Position numbers and translations under genes: made by a program. Below, in pieces: positions 44,116 to 54,339 of a stretch of 54,950 nt of DNA. The stretch spans positions 316,495 to 371,444 of the forward strand of contig JBGAUV010000001.1 of the NCBI GenBank assembly GCA_044228445.1. The letters are read 5' to 3'. Position 1 is the stretch's first letter; every line of letters begins with the position of its first letter. The DNA is from Minisyncoccia bacterium. GTDB taxonomy: Bacteria > Patescibacteriota > Minisyncoccia > Phycocordibacterales > PALSA-1337. Under the pieces are notes generated by a model, which saw only the letters and a list, made by a program, of their open reading frames with translations, had not been told where the DNA came from and ran no database searches.

Positions 44116-45333
44116 ATGTTGAGTATATTTAATAAAATATTAAATAATAAGAAAAACAAGGGAATTTACCTTGATTATGCGTCTTTAACACCTATAGATA
44201 AAGGTGTTATTGATATTATGAATAAATATAGTGACGATATTTATACCAACCCGTCATCTCTATACACTAGTGGTGTAAATGCTCTACATGAAATGCAAAA
44301 AGCTAAAGAAAATATAGCAAAAAATATAAAAGCACATAGTGATGAAATTATTTTTACATCTTCAGGTACAGAAGCAAACAACGTTGCAATTTTAGGTACT
44401 TTTTTAAAGTTAAAAGAAAAAGGAATTGAAATAAAAGGTAAAAATATTGTTATAACTTCTATAGAACATTCATCAGTCATAGAAACTGCAAATTCTTTAA
44501 AGTCTCAAGGAGTTGAAGTTAGGATAATTCCAGTTGATCAAAATGGAATAGTCGATGCTGAATTTATAAAAGAAAATATAGATCAAAATACTATTTTAGT
44601 TTCGGTTATGTCAGTAAATAATGAAATAGGAAGCATACAACCAATAAATGATATAGCAAAAATCATAAGACATAAGAGAAAAGAATTTAATAATTATTAT
44701 CCATATTTTCATACAGATGCTTGTCAGGCTCCATTGTATTTTGAGATTAATATGGAAAAACTTGGTGTAGATATGCTCACACTAGATGGACATAAGATTT
44801 ATGGTCCAAGGGGTGTTGGTATGCTATATAAAAAAAGGGGAATAGAGTTAAGTCCAATAATGTATGGTGGTAATCAAGAAAATGGATATAGACCTGGAAC
44901 AGAAAACTTGCCTGGCATATCTGGTTTTGCTTTTGCTTTAAATAAAGGAATAAAAAACAGGGAAGTTGAATACAATAGAATAAATGAAATTAAGAATTAT
45001 TTTATAAAAGGTTTAAATAAGATAAGTAAAGATTTAGGTATAGAGATTAAAATAAATGGAGATATAAAATCTTGTTCGCCACATATTTTGAGTATAAATA
45101 TAAACGGTATCAATAATGAAATGTTTGTTTTTAGACTTGATGCAAAGGGCATTTATTGTTCAACAAAGAGTGCTTGTCTACGTGATGAAAATGAATCTTA
45201 TGTTATGAAAGCGATAGGGGTAAAAAATACAAATAATGTAGTTAGATTTTCTTTTGGTATGTATACAACTAAAAAAGATATTGATTTTACTTTAAAATGC
45301 ATAAGGGATATTTTATTGAAGTTTTATAAATAA
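44116..45333 (+). CDS. Cysteine desulfurase (class V aminotransferase, IscS/NifS family)
   Basis: SGTEANN, HTDACQA, PLP-lysine LDGHKIYGPRGVG and RPGTEN motifs. Confidence 0.85.
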   Translation: MLSIFNKILNNKKNKGIYLDYASLTPIDKGVIDIMNKYSDDIYTNPSSLYTSGVNALHEMQKAKENIAKNIKAHSDEIIFTSSGTEANNVAILGTFLKLKEKGIEIKGKNIVITSIEHSSVIETANSLKSQGVEVRIIPVDQNGIVDAEFIKENIDQNTILVSVMSVNNEIGSIQPINDIAKIIRHKRKEFNNYYPYFHTDACQAPLYFEINMEKLGVDMLTLDGHKIYGPRGVGMLYKKRGIELSPIMYGGNQENGYRPGTENLPGISGFAFALNKGIKNREVEYNRINEIKNYFIKGLNKISKDLGIEIKINGDIKSCSPHILSININGINNEMFVFRLDAKGIYCSTKSACLRDENESYVMKAIGVKNTNNVVRFSFGMYTTKKDIDFTLKCIRDILLKFYK

Positions 45334-45362
45334 AAAAGCCCCCGGTTTCCCGAGGGGCTTTG
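45332..45362. terminator. GC-rich bidirectional terminator (desulfurase / cassette C)
   Basis: AAAAAA-GCCCCCGG-TTTC-CCGAGGGGC-TTT. Confidence 0.75.
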
Positions 45363-45386
45363 TGAAATTACCATCGCTTTTATTTG

Positions 45387-46358
45387 TTAGCGCTTTGTGA
45401 AGAAAACCACATAGCTTTCTTCCTCAAGGAAACCTGAATTGTCTTCCTTGTCGAAGACCAAAACGCCTTCAGTTTCCAACTCTTCCGTCTTTTCAAATTT
45501 CAGACGGTTTAGAGTGGTTGAACCTAGGGAAACATCCGGAACATCCAGGGAGACATCCTTGAACTCGAAGAACTGGTGTTCCTTGTGTTCACTGAAAGCC
45601 TTACAAGTGAATATGGTCGAGTCTTCCGGTCTCTCAACAAGACCTTTTTTATTGGTCAGGATTTTTTTGAGATCCTTGACACTCACCCTCCGGTTTACTC
45701 TGATAACCCGGAGTTTGTATGACCATTCCGAGATTGCTACCGACGAGAGTTCTGACGTAATATACAGTCTCACGTCCTCCGCGATTCGTGGCCAAGCGAC
45801 GTCCATGAAACTGCAGACGATTTCCCATTCTCGACATTCTCCTGCTTCATACGCTGGCCGGTTTTCCTTCAGCCACTTTTTAAGTGACCTCATCGTATCA
45901 ATGTCGCCAATGTAATAGTCAGATCGGTGATGATTGTCATTACCGTTCACAATGCGCAAGGCTTCATATAGAGGATCAAGTCTGGATTTAATACCTGTTG
46001 AGATCTCTCTTATATAAACCCATAGATATTTCACCAACATTAATTGCGCTATTACGATCAGTAATGCTACTACTAGCAATGTAATTGTTGTTGGCGTCTT
46101 TTCTACTCGATAAATTTCATGCGAAAAAAATACTAGTAATGATACAGATGTTATTACGGCAATAATGTGCACAATAAACATTGCGCATTGATCAAACATG
46201 GCATTCCAGTGCCAAGCTAAACCACCGATCCTGTACTCCAGGGAATTCCCGATCCTTCCACTGTACACCAACCTCGGGAACTTCCCGAAGAAGATTGAGA
46301 GTACCACCATTTTGAACCACCTAATAAAGTGGTCCAAGTGTTTGCTTACAATGTTCAT
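45387..46358 (-). CDS. Two-TM hypothetical protein with a roughly 200-aa soluble C-terminal domain (GC-rich cassette C)
   Basis: 323-aa ORF; GGAGAT Shine-Dalgarno 6 nt upstream. Hydrophobic helices FIVHIIAVITSVSLLVFF and ITLLVVALLIVIAQLMLV. 31/60 GC at 45781-45840. Confidence 0.65.
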   Translation of the reverse strand: MNIVSKHLDHFIRWFKMVVLSIFFGKFPRLVYSGRIGNSLEYRIGGLAWHWNAMFDQCAMFIVHIIAVITSVSLLVFFSHEIYRVEKTPTTITLLVVALLIVIAQLMLVKYLWVYIREISTGIKSRLDPLYEALRIVNGNDNHHRSDYYIGDIDTMRSLKKWLKENRPAYEAGECREWEIVCSFMDVAWPRIAEDVRLYITSELSSVAISEWSYKLRVIRVNRRVSVKDLKKILTNKKGLVERPEDSTIFTCKAFSEHKEHQFFEFKDVSLDVPDVSLGSTTLNRLKFEKTEELETEGVLVFDKEDNSGFLEEESYVVFFTKR

Positions 46359-46486
46359 TTTTTTATCTCCAACTGAAGAAGAGGAGGGCTATCCTCATAG
46401 GATGCACGAATTCAAGTATTTTCATACATGCCGATTGGCTACGGATGCAACTATTTTCTTCAGATTGTAAAAACAATCTGTTTCGG

Positions 46487-46515
46487 ACACTACCACAAAT
46501 ATGCGAATAAATCAA
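46487..46515 (-). promoter_or_regulatory. Putative promoter of cassette C
   Basis: Minus strand TTGATT (46515-46510), 17-nt spacer, TGg-TAGTGT (-10 at 46492-46487). Downstream hairpin CAGATTG/CAATCTG at 46461-46480. Confidence 0.45.
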
Positions 46516-46525
46516 GGGGTATATT

Positions 46526-46554
46526 TTGACATTAGACCCATTTTTCATTATTAT
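46526..46554 (+). promoter_or_regulatory. Putative clpB promoter
   Basis: TTGACA 46526-46531, 17-nt spacer, TATTAT 46549-46554; only 10 nt before the clpB ATG. Confidence 0.45.
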
Positions 46555-46564
46555 ATGTATACAT

Positions 46565-49252
46565 ATGCCACCGCTAAATAACTTTACAACTAAAGCAAAA
46601 GAAGCACTTAGACGTTCACATGAACTAGCTATAGAACGCGGACAAAACCATGTAAATCCAACACATTTACTATGTGCTCTAATACTTCAAGAAGAAAGCA
46701 TGGTTGCAAGTATACTAGATAAACTAGAGATAGATACAATGCTTCTTACTGATGTAATTTTAGAAGGTATAGAGGCGCCTGAGTCTGGAAGAGTACTTGC
46801 TCCTTCATATCAAATATATTTAACACCAGAACTTGCAAGTATAATAGAAAATGCAGGTCGTATTGCTCAAGGAATGGGTGATGAATTTATATCAACAGAA
46901 CACCTTTTTGTTGCTTGTTTTGATTCACAAAGTCAAGCAAAGGATATTCTTTTGAAATTTAAAATTGATAGAGCTCAAGTGATGAATATTATAGAAGAGC
47001 TAAAGACAAATGATATAAAGGAAGATGATAAGCCAAAAAAGATGAGAAATCTTTCAAAATACGCTCGTAGCCTTACGAAACTCGCAAAAGAAAATAAACT
47101 AGATCCAGTTATAGGTCGTGATAGTGAAATTCTTCGTGTAATACAGATTCTTTCAAGAAGAACAAAAAATAATCCAATACTGATAGGTGAAGCAGGTGTA
47201 GGTAAAACTGCTATTGCTGAAGGTCTGGCTTTGCGTATGGCTCAAGGCGATGTCCCAGAATCTTTAAAGGATAAAGAACTAGTATCACTCGATCTAGGTT
47301 CTCTTATTGCAGGAACAAAGTACCGTGGAGAATTCGAAGAAAGATTAAAAAATATTTTAAAGGAGATTGAAAAAGCCGATGGAAAAATAATTCTTTTCAT
47401 AGATGAAATACATACTATAGTTGGAGCGGGTGCTTCTGAAGGAAGTATGGATGCTTCAAATATGTTAAAGCCTGCTTTGGCTCGTGGAGAACTACGTGCT
47501 ATTGGTGCTACAACTCTTAGAGAATATCAAAAGCATATAGAAAAAGATCCTGCTTTAACTCGTCGTTTTCAACCAGTTTATGTAAATGAACCAAGTATAG
47601 AAGATGCTATAGCAATATTACGTGGTCTAAAAGAAAAGTATGAACTTTATCATGGAGTTCGTATTACTGATGATGCAATTGTGGCTGCTGTTAATCTTTC
47701 AAGTAGATATATAAGTGATAGATTCTTACCTGATAAAACTGTAGATCTAATAGATGAAGCTGCTTCCGCTTTAAAAATTTCTCTTGAAAACATGCCTCCA
47801 CAGCTTGAGGAAACACGCAGAAAGATTATGCGTCTAGAAATAGAACGTGAAGCTCTAAAGAAAGAAACAGATAAAAATGCAAAAATAAGAATGGCTAAAG
47901 TTGAAAAAGACATAGCTGATCTTAAAGAAAGTACTTCTGAACTAGAATTGAAATGGTCAAATGAAAAAGAAACAATTACAGATATAAAAAGAATTAAAAA
48001 AGAATTAGAAACACTTAGACTTGAAGCAGAAAGTGCAGAAGCTCGCGCTGATCTTACAAAAGCAGCGGAAATTCGTTATGGCAAACTTCCTACATTAGAA
48101 AAAGAACTTGAAACAAAGAATAAGAGACTAAAGAAACTCCAGTCTTCAAGAAGAATACTAAAAGAAGAAATAACAGAACAAGATATTGCTGATGTTGTGT
48201 CTCGTTGGACTGGAATACCTGTAACTAGAATGATGGAAGAGGAAATGAAAAAACTTACTCGTATGGAAGAAGAAATAAAGAAAAGAGTAGTTGGACAAGA
48301 TGAAGCTGTAAAGAAAATATCAGATACAATAAGAAGAGCAAGGGCAGGTATTGCAGATCCAAATCGTCCTATAGGTTCGTTTATTTTCCTTGGTCCAACT
48401 GGAGTAGGAAAAACAGAACTTACAAAAGCACTGGCTGAATTTATGTTCAATGATGAAAAAGCATTGATAAGAGTTGATATGTCAGAATTTATGGAAAAGC
48501 ATGCAGTATCAAAGCTTATAGGTTCACCTCCTGGTTATGTTGGTCATGATGAAGGAGGAAATCTTACAGAAATGGTAAGACATAGACCTTATTCAGTAAT
48601 ACTATTTGATGAAATAGAAAAAGCTCACCCAGAAGTATTCAATATACTACTTCAGGTTCTTGATAATGGAAGGTTAACAGATTCAAAAGGTAGAGTAGTT
48701 AATTTCAAAAATACAGTCATAATAATGACTTCAAATATTGGTGCTCAATATATTGAAAAGATGGAGAAAATAGGCTTTACAAGAGATAAAGAAAATATAG
48801 AAAAAGATAATTATGATGATGCAAAAGCCAGAGTAATGAATTCTTTAAAGGATTATTTCCGTCCAGAATTCCTAAATCGTCTAGACGATATAATACTATT
48901 TGATATTTTGAGTAAAGAAAATATAGAAAAAATTGTAAGCATACAAGTAGAACAAGTAGTAAAGAGACTACAAACAAAAGATATAAACATGGTTGTATCA
49001 CCAGAAGTCTATTCTTATCTTGCAAAACAAGGATATAACCCACACTACGGTGCAAGACCTCTAAAGAGAATAATACAAAATAAAATATTAACACCAATAG
49101 CTTCACTTATGATTTCTCAGGGAATAGCAAAAGGTGGGGTAATAAATGTTGGAATTAAAAAAGGAAGTACAGATGAATTTACTTTTGAGGTTAAAAAGAA
49201 AAAAAGACCAGAAAATAGTATGGTTATGAGAGAGGTTGAGGTAAGACAATAA
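46565..49252 (+). CDS. clpB: ATP-dependent chaperone ClpB
   Basis: Clp N-domain, two AAA+ modules (GEAGVGKTA and GPTGVGKTE Walker A motifs) and a long middle coiled coil. ATG 46565 chosen because the track's TTG 46526 coincides with the -35 box. Confidence 0.95.
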   Translation: MPPLNNFTTKAKEALRRSHELAIERGQNHVNPTHLLCALILQEESMVASILDKLEIDTMLLTDVILEGIEAPESGRVLAPSYQIYLTPELASIIENAGRIAQGMGDEFISTEHLFVACFDSQSQAKDILLKFKIDRAQVMNIIEELKTNDIKEDDKPKKMRNLSKYARSLTKLAKENKLDPVIGRDSEILRVIQILSRRTKNNPILIGEAGVGKTAIAEGLALRMAQGDVPESLKDKELVSLDLGSLIAGTKYRGEFEERLKNILKEIEKADGKIILFIDEIHTIVGAGASEGSMDASNMLKPALARGELRAIGATTLREYQKHIEKDPALTRRFQPVYVNEPSIEDAIAILRGLKEKYELYHGVRITDDAIVAAVNLSSRYISDRFLPDKTVDLIDEAASALKISLENMPPQLEETRRKIMRLEIEREALKKETDKNAKIRMAKVEKDIADLKESTSELELKWSNEKETITDIKRIKKELETLRLEAESAEARADLTKAAEIRYGKLPTLEKELETKNKRLKKLQSSRRILKEEITEQDIADVVSRWTGIPVTRMMEEEMKKLTRMEEEIKKRVVGQDEAVKKISDTIRRARAGIADPNRPIGSFIFLGPTGVGKTELTKALAEFMFNDEKALIRVDMSEFMEKHAVSKLIGSPPGYVGHDEGGNLTEMVRHRPYSVILFDEIEKAHPEVFNILLQVLDNGRLTDSKGRVVNFKNTVIIMTSNIGAQYIEKMEKIGFTRDKENIEKDNYDDAKARVMNSLKDYFRPEFLNRLDDIILFDILSKENIEKIVSIQVEQVVKRLQTKDINMVVSPEVYSYLAKQGYNPHYGARPLKRIIQNKILTPIASLMISQGIAKGGVINVGIKKGSTDEFTFEVKKKKRPENSMVMREVEVRQ

Positions 49253-49275
49253 AAATGTTAGACTCTCTTGTATCT

Positions 49276-49359
49276 GCGTAGGTGGCGGAGTGGTCAATCG
49301 CAACAGACTGTAAATCTGTCGCCCAATGGGCTTCGGGGGTTCAAATCCCTCCCTACGCA
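49276..49359 (+). tRNA. tRNA-Tyr: tRNA-Tyr (anticodon GTA)
   Basis: Acceptor GCGTAGG/CCTACGC, anticodon loop CTGTAAA, 15-nt variable arm, T arm GGGGG-TTCAAAT-CCCTC. Confidence 0.9.
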
Positions 49360-49397
49360 CAGAGTAAAATACTTGACTCATCTGGTATAATTAGAGC

Positions 49398-49937
49398 ATG
49401 AATAAAAACATACAAAGTGCTGTTTTTGCTGGAGGGTGCTTTTGGTGTACAGAAGCTGTCTTTCAAGATTTAAAGGGCGTAATAAGTGTAATGCCTGGTT
49501 ACACAGGAGGAAGTATGGATAATCCGACCTATGAGAGGGTGTCAGGTGGAAATACAGGTCATGCTGAAGCGATAAAGATAGATTTTGATCAAGATATAAT
49601 AAGTTTCGATGATCTATTGTCAGTGTTCTTTAATACTCATGATCCAACAACTTTAAATAGACAGGGTAATGATGTCGGAACACAATATAGATCAGCTATT
49701 TTTTATACAAATGAAGAACAAAAGATAAAGTCAGAAAATATAATAAAAGAATTGAATGATAGTCATGCTTATGATAAGCCTGTAGTAACTGAAGTAAAAA
49801 AGTTTGAAAAATTCTTTGAAGCAGAGGATTATCATAAAAACTATTATAAAAATAATAAAGAGGCGGGATATTGTCAGATTATAATTGCTCCAAAACTAGA
49901 AAAATTACAAAAAAGATTTAATAATTTAATTAAATAA
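49398..49937 (+). CDS. msrA: Peptide-methionine (S)-S-oxide reductase MsrA
   Basis: GGCFWCTEAVF active-site motif; 179 aa. Confidence 0.93.
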   Translation: MNKNIQSAVFAGGCFWCTEAVFQDLKGVISVMPGYTGGSMDNPTYERVSGGNTGHAEAIKIDFDQDIISFDDLLSVFFNTHDPTTLNRQGNDVGTQYRSAIFYTNEEQKIKSENIIKELNDSHAYDKPVVTEVKKFEKFFEAEDYHKNYYKNNKEAGYCQIIIAPKLEKLQKRFNNLIK

Positions 49938-49938
49938 T

Positions 49939-50334
49939 ATGGATATAAATGAAAATGAGTTAAAGAAGAGACTAACTCCAGAGGAATATAAAGTTCTAAG
50001 AGAAAAAGCTACAGAAATGCCATTTTCTGGAAAACTTTTACATGAGAAGAGAAGTGGAATGTATAAATGTAAAGTTTGTGGAAATGATTTATTTAAATCA
50101 GATGCAAAGTTTGATTCTGGTACTGGTTGGCCAAGCTTTGATGAAGCTATTCCTGGAGCAGTAAAGCAAATACTTGATAATAGTCATGGTATGCAAAGAG
50201 TAGAAATAGTATGTAGTAAATGTAATTCACATTTAGGACATGTTTTTGATGATGGTCCTACAAAGACTGGAAAAAGATATTGTTTAAATTCAGTTTGTCT
50301 TGATCTTGAACCAATACAAGGTGATAAAAAATAG
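49939..50334 (+). CDS. msrB: Peptide-methionine (R)-S-oxide reductase MsrB
   Basis: Two CxxC zinc motifs (CKVCGN, CSKCNSHLGHVF) and GTGWPSF. Confidence 0.93.
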   Translation: MDINENELKKRLTPEEYKVLREKATEMPFSGKLLHEKRSGMYKCKVCGNDLFKSDAKFDSGTGWPSFDEAIPGAVKQILDNSHGMQRVEIVCSKCNSHLGHVFDDGPTKTGKRYCLNSVCLDLEPIQGDKK

Positions 50335-50335
50335 A

Positions 50336-51490
50336 TTAATCTATTACAACTCTCTTTAAATGACTTGCAATGTTTACAGCTAGATCTCTTGCTAGTGTTG
50401 TTTCTTTTGAAATATTTAACATAGAGTTTGGGTCACTTTCTTTATTACTTATTACTATTACTTTATCTCCAATTTTTACATCTTTTATATCTGTTATATC
50501 TATTGTTGTAATATTCATACTTACTCTACCTATAATATTTGCGATTTTTTCGTGTATGATAACATGACCCTTATTTGATAATCTACGATCTATACCTTCA
50601 TAATAACCAACTGGTATTGTTGCAATTACCATATCATTTTTTGCTTCAAAACTATTACCATAACCAACGGTCTGGCCTTTTTTAATCTTTTTTATACCTG
50701 TAACTATAGTCTCTAGTTGTAGTACGGGAATTATATGAACATTATCTACATAAGCACCATCACGAATACCATAAAGTCCTGCTCCCAAACGTGTCATATT
50801 GCATTTTGCTTTATTTATATAATTATGACCTGCGGTATTGCTAATATGCCAGTACTTTATTGTATTAAATTCTGATTTAAAAATATCTACAAGTTTATTC
50901 CATTCAATTATCTGTTTTTCAGTATAGTCTTTATTTTCTTCTGCATCAGAGAAATGTGAAGAAATACTTTCAAGTATTATGTTTTTATTTTCTTTTATTA
51001 TTTTAATACCCTGTTCTATATCACTTGAAAGTATACCTTGTCTATGCATACCTGTATCTAGTTTTAAATTTATTTTAGTCTTTTTATTTAATTTTTCACT
51101 AAGTTCTTTTAAAACAGTAATATCAGATACAGTGAAAATAACATCTTTAATTCTATTATTAATTATATTTTTTACTGTTGTATAACCTATTACCATAATA
51201 GCTCTTTTTATATCATCATTACGAAGTTTTTTTGCTTCAAAATATGAGTCTAGTATAAAAAAGGGAACCCTGCTTGGTGAAGTATATGTATCCAGTATTT
51301 CTGCAATTTCATTTAATCCATGACCATAAGCATTGCTTTTCAAAACTGGAGAGATCATTACTCCATTACCTATTTTTATAAATTCATTTATATTATTTAA
51401 CAATGCAAATTTGGATAGGGTTACGGTTACCATGTTTTCATCGTCCTTAATAAAATATTTTTTATAGAGTTGTTTTATTATTCTTCGCAT
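50336..51490 (-). CDS. alr: Alanine racemase
   Basis: PLP-lysine motif VLKSNAYGHGL and C-terminal GRVSMN motif. Confidence 0.85.
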   Translation of the reverse strand: MRRIIKQLYKKYFIKDDENMVTVTLSKFALLNNINEFIKIGNGVMISPVLKSNAYGHGLNEIAEILDTYTSPSRVPFFILDSYFEAKKLRNDDIKRAIMVIGYTTVKNIINNRIKDVIFTVSDITVLKELSEKLNKKTKINLKLDTGMHRQGILSSDIEQGIKIIKENKNIILESISSHFSDAEENKDYTEKQIIEWNKLVDIFKSEFNTIKYWHISNTAGHNYINKAKCNMTRLGAGLYGIRDGAYVDNVHIIPVLQLETIVTGIKKIKKGQTVGYGNSFEAKNDMVIATIPVGYYEGIDRRLSNKGHVIIHEKIANIIGRVSMNITTIDITDIKDVKIGDKVIVISNKESDPNSMLNISKETTLARDLAVNIASHLKRVVID

Positions 51491-51529
51491 TTATTTATTA
51501 ATTTTATAATACATTCTCTTTTATTTACC

Positions 51530-51558
51530 TTGATATAGATATGATTTTATGGTATAGA
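51530..51558 (+). promoter_or_regulatory. Putative promoter of cassette D
   Basis: TTGATA 51530-51535, 17-nt spacer, TGg-TATAGA ending at 51558. Overlaps the short direct repeat GATTTTATGG (51543-51552 and 51558-51567). Confidence 0.4.
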
Positions 51559-51690
51559 TTTTATGGATAGAAAGCCAAACTATAGTAATAAAAGTGATTT
51601 ATGTGCACCGCAAGTGCTTGGATAAGTCCAATATGCATATTTCATGGGCCGCAAGCACTATTGCTAAATTGGCAAACATTGAAAGGAAGT

Positions 51691-52590
51691 ATGAAAATCA
51701 ATTACGAGTATGGTGTGTCTGACGAAATGCTCAATAACTGGATTTTTGGGAAAAGATTGAGAGATCGAGAAAAAATGAATATGAAGATTTCAAACATCAT
51801 ATGTGATGTTTTGTTGTCTGCTTTGGTCATATTTTCATTGTTTTCTCTTTATCTAATTAAGAATGGTTATGAGAAAATGGTAATTTATCCATTTTCTGGT
51901 GTGATTATAATTGCAGGATTGTCTGCATTCTGTATTAGGCTTCTTAACTGGAATACTTATAAAGCCCTAAAAAAGGGAATACGAGATGATTTGGAATTCC
52001 TCGATATTTTTTGTGGGGAAAGTATTTCAGAAGAAAAAATCAAAAATTCGAATTTCGATACAGTAAGATTGGCAGTAATAAGTCACTTGAGGATGCATAT
52101 GACCACAGCTGTAGTGGATCATAATGAGAAATCTAAGGAAAATATTCTAAAGGCACTCTCGATTGCGAGACTATTCTTTGGGTGGATTGGGGAGAGTGAA
52201 ATTTTCTCATTTCATCAATTATCTTGGAATGATAATGGTAGTGGTACCGTTGTTTGTGATGGCAAAAAATACTCATACGAAATGTATAGTGTTGATCACC
52301 CTGTTGACGTTAAAGATATTTACAGGTTCGCAACCTATGATCCAAATAATTGTACTCTTTTGGGTCAAAGAGGTTTTACTTGGGTTAGACCACCTATTGG
52401 TAATAATAGAGGAGATATGTTTTGCTTCTCTCAAGCATTTACCGATGATGGTATAAATCGGTACACAATTCATACTAGGAATCGTATTACTGGGTCAACA
52501 GAAACAATAACCTCAATACCTGAAGCAGAATTCGATCAAAGTTTTTTCCGTGGAAAGATTTTGGTTGTTTTCAAGAGAATTGAAGTCTAA
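51691..52590 (+). CDS. Two-TM hypothetical protein with a roughly 190-aa soluble C-terminal domain (cassette D)
   Basis: ATG 51691 follows AAGGAAG. Helices VLLSALVIFSLFSLYLI and FSGVIIIAGLSAFCIRLL. The track start at 51601 has no ribosome-binding site. Confidence 0.55.
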   Translation: MKINYEYGVSDEMLNNWIFGKRLRDREKMNMKISNIICDVLLSALVIFSLFSLYLIKNGYEKMVIYPFSGVIIIAGLSAFCIRLLNWNTYKALKKGIRDDLEFLDIFCGESISEEKIKNSNFDTVRLAVISHLRMHMTTAVVDHNEKSKENILKALSIARLFFGWIGESEIFSFHQLSWNDNGSGTVVCDGKKYSYEMYSVDHPVDVKDIYRFATYDPNNCTLLGQRGFTWVRPPIGNNRGDMFCFSQAFTDDGINRYTIHTRNRITGSTETITSIPEAEFDQSFFRGKILVVFKRIEV

Positions 52591-52606
52591 CCCCTTTCTA
52601 TTTTTC

Positions 52607-52637
52607 AAAAGCCCTTTGCGTTCGCGCAAGGGGTTTT
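52607..52637 (+). terminator. GC-rich intrinsic terminator of cassette D
   Basis: GCCCTTTGCG-TTCG-CGCAAGGGGT followed by TTTT. Confidence 0.75.
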
Positions 52638-52674
52638 GTGTTTTTACTTAAAATATACAAATAAAATATAAAGA

Positions 52675-52700
52675 AAAGGCGCGACCGAAATCGCACCTTT
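52675..52700 (-). terminator. Intrinsic terminator of 52721..52999
   Basis: Minus strand AAAGGTGCGA-TTTCGG-TCGCGCCTTTT (one mismatch in the stem). Confidence 0.6.
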
Positions 52701-52720
52701 AGCTTGAATCCCACAGCATA

Positions 52721-52999
52721 TCACTCCTTGTTAGTGGGTTTGGAACTCAGCATATACTGAATTCTGATCTGAACGAGACGATTCAGTTCGTTAGTACGAA
52801 CATGATTCGTCTCCACCTTGCAACTCCCACATGCCTCAGCCTTAGCTGGGGCGGGGAGCCCATACTCCAACGAATTAACTTCTGAGGAGTACTCCTTGGT
52901 CAAGTACGCAACATATATGAGGGATGCAAACCCCACACAAATGAAGGTGCCCAAGACAATTTTGATTTTGTCTTTCACTCTTCCTTTCCTTTTGCTCAA
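52721..52999 (-). CDS. Small single-pass membrane protein (cassette E)
   Basis: 92 aa, TTG start, basic N-terminus, TM helix IVLGTFICVGFASLIYVAYL. TNHVRTN motif shared with 54340..54573. Confidence 0.5.
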   Translation of the reverse strand: MSKRKGRVKDKIKIVLGTFICVGFASLIYVAYLTKEYSSEVNSLEYGLPAPAKAEACGSCKVETNHVRTNELNRLVQIRIQYMLSSKPTNKE

Positions 53000-53148
53000 C
53001 TCAAATACCTACCGCATGGTAAGTTTCAAATTGAGAAGAGCATCCACTGAAATATTATAATATATAGATAAATGTGTCAACACCTGTGTAATTGTTCAAA
53101 TATTTAATAAAAATGAGTGTTGGATTAAATATAAAAATATATAAAGAA

Positions 53149-53172
53149 AGACGCGGCCATTAGGTCGCGTCT
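53149..53172 (-). terminator. GC-rich intrinsic terminator of 53194..54315
   Basis: AGACGCGGCC-ATTA-GGTCGCGTCT, flanked by A/T runs, 21 nt after the stop codon. Confidence 0.75.
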
Positions 53173-53193
53173 CTTTGTTCCAGCTACTGAAGT

Positions 53194-54315
53194 TCAGTAG
53201 ACTGGATTTTCCGTAGCACCCTTGCCGGGGTTGGGGTTGTCTGCAGGTGATTGAACCCACGGTGGCCAGACCGTAATAATCTGGTATTCACCTGGATCAA
53301 GACTGATCTCATACCCAGAGGGAACTTCACGATCTGTTTGAGTTCCTTTATCATCAAGGGAGTGGATCAGTACCTTCGTTGGGTACACCATCATGTCTGA
53401 GTTCCCCCAGACGCCAGCACCGAGTCGCTTATGGCTAATGGTGATCCCTTTCTTAACCGTGAGGTCAAGAAGGGGAAAATTACCGTAAACTGTTTCATTG
53501 TCCACATAGAACTTCCTATCGTGAACAAGTGTGTCGGTAAGCGATATAACAACGCCACCCTCAAGCTTTCCAAGATTCGTAAAGATATTGCGACCCTGGA
53601 AAAATTGCCCGGTAGACAAATTCCAAGATGAGAGGTGTTTTCCGTTATGAAGAAGAATATTCCTTGTTGCTCCAGCCATATCGGAGGAAAGAAAGACAAG
53701 TGAATGCCCCTCCTTTCCTTGCTGAACGTCGATTTCAACATCATTCGGCCAACCAACGAGCTTTGCGCTCGTATTGTCACCCACATCCACCAGCACATTT
53801 GCCGGTAAATACATCCATGTTTGGAACGGATCGGCGACAAGATCGCCACCCTTTCCTTCGTGGATGTTTGACCAACCTGATCCTTCGAGGATGACTTGGT
53901 TGGCTGAGTTGTAAACCGTGATATACGTGGTAACGAAATAGTAATCGTTACCAGTGTAGTCAGTCGGTTGAGGGACTACCTCAGCTGACATACCGACGTG
54001 CCGGAGGGCATCCGACAGCTGGGTAAATGACCCAGCAATATTGTAACCGTTTTGAGTCAGCCACTTTCGGTCCAAGTTGATTGGACCTAAGTCTTGGAAC
54101 AAACTCTTTCCCGAAAACGAGATCGACACATGGTCGATCTGTTGCAGGAGAAATTGTGTAACCTTCTGGTTGCCTTGAGCATAGACCTCGATCGGAACGA
54201 TCGGGGGTCCACCAACAGGCGGGTGATCTCCCGGTTCAGGTGTTGCCTGAACAGTGATGTTGAACCAAACCATGATCATTCCGATGATCATAGCGACGAG
54301 CTTGTTGTTCTTCAT
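53194..54315 (-). CDS. Secreted hypothetical protein (cassette E)
   Basis: 373 aa; AGAGGA Shine-Dalgarno 5 nt upstream; signal peptide MKNNKLVAMIIGMIMVWFNITVQA. 30/60 GC at 53701-53760. Confidence 0.7.
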   Translation of the reverse strand: MKNNKLVAMIIGMIMVWFNITVQATPEPGDHPPVGGPPIVPIEVYAQGNQKVTQFLLQQIDHVSISFSGKSLFQDLGPINLDRKWLTQNGYNIAGSFTQLSDALRHVGMSAEVVPQPTDYTGNDYYFVTTYITVYNSANQVILEGSGWSNIHEGKGGDLVADPFQTWMYLPANVLVDVGDNTSAKLVGWPNDVEIDVQQGKEGHSLVFLSSDMAGATRNILLHNGKHLSSWNLSTGQFFQGRNIFTNLGKLEGGVVISLTDTLVHDRKFYVDNETVYGNFPLLDLTVKKGITISHKRLGAGVWGNSDMMVYPTKVLIHSLDDKGTQTDREVPSGYEISLDPGEYQIITVWPPWVQSPADNPNPGKGATENPVY

Positions 54316-54339
54316 TTTTTCCTCTCTTATCTGCGTTGT

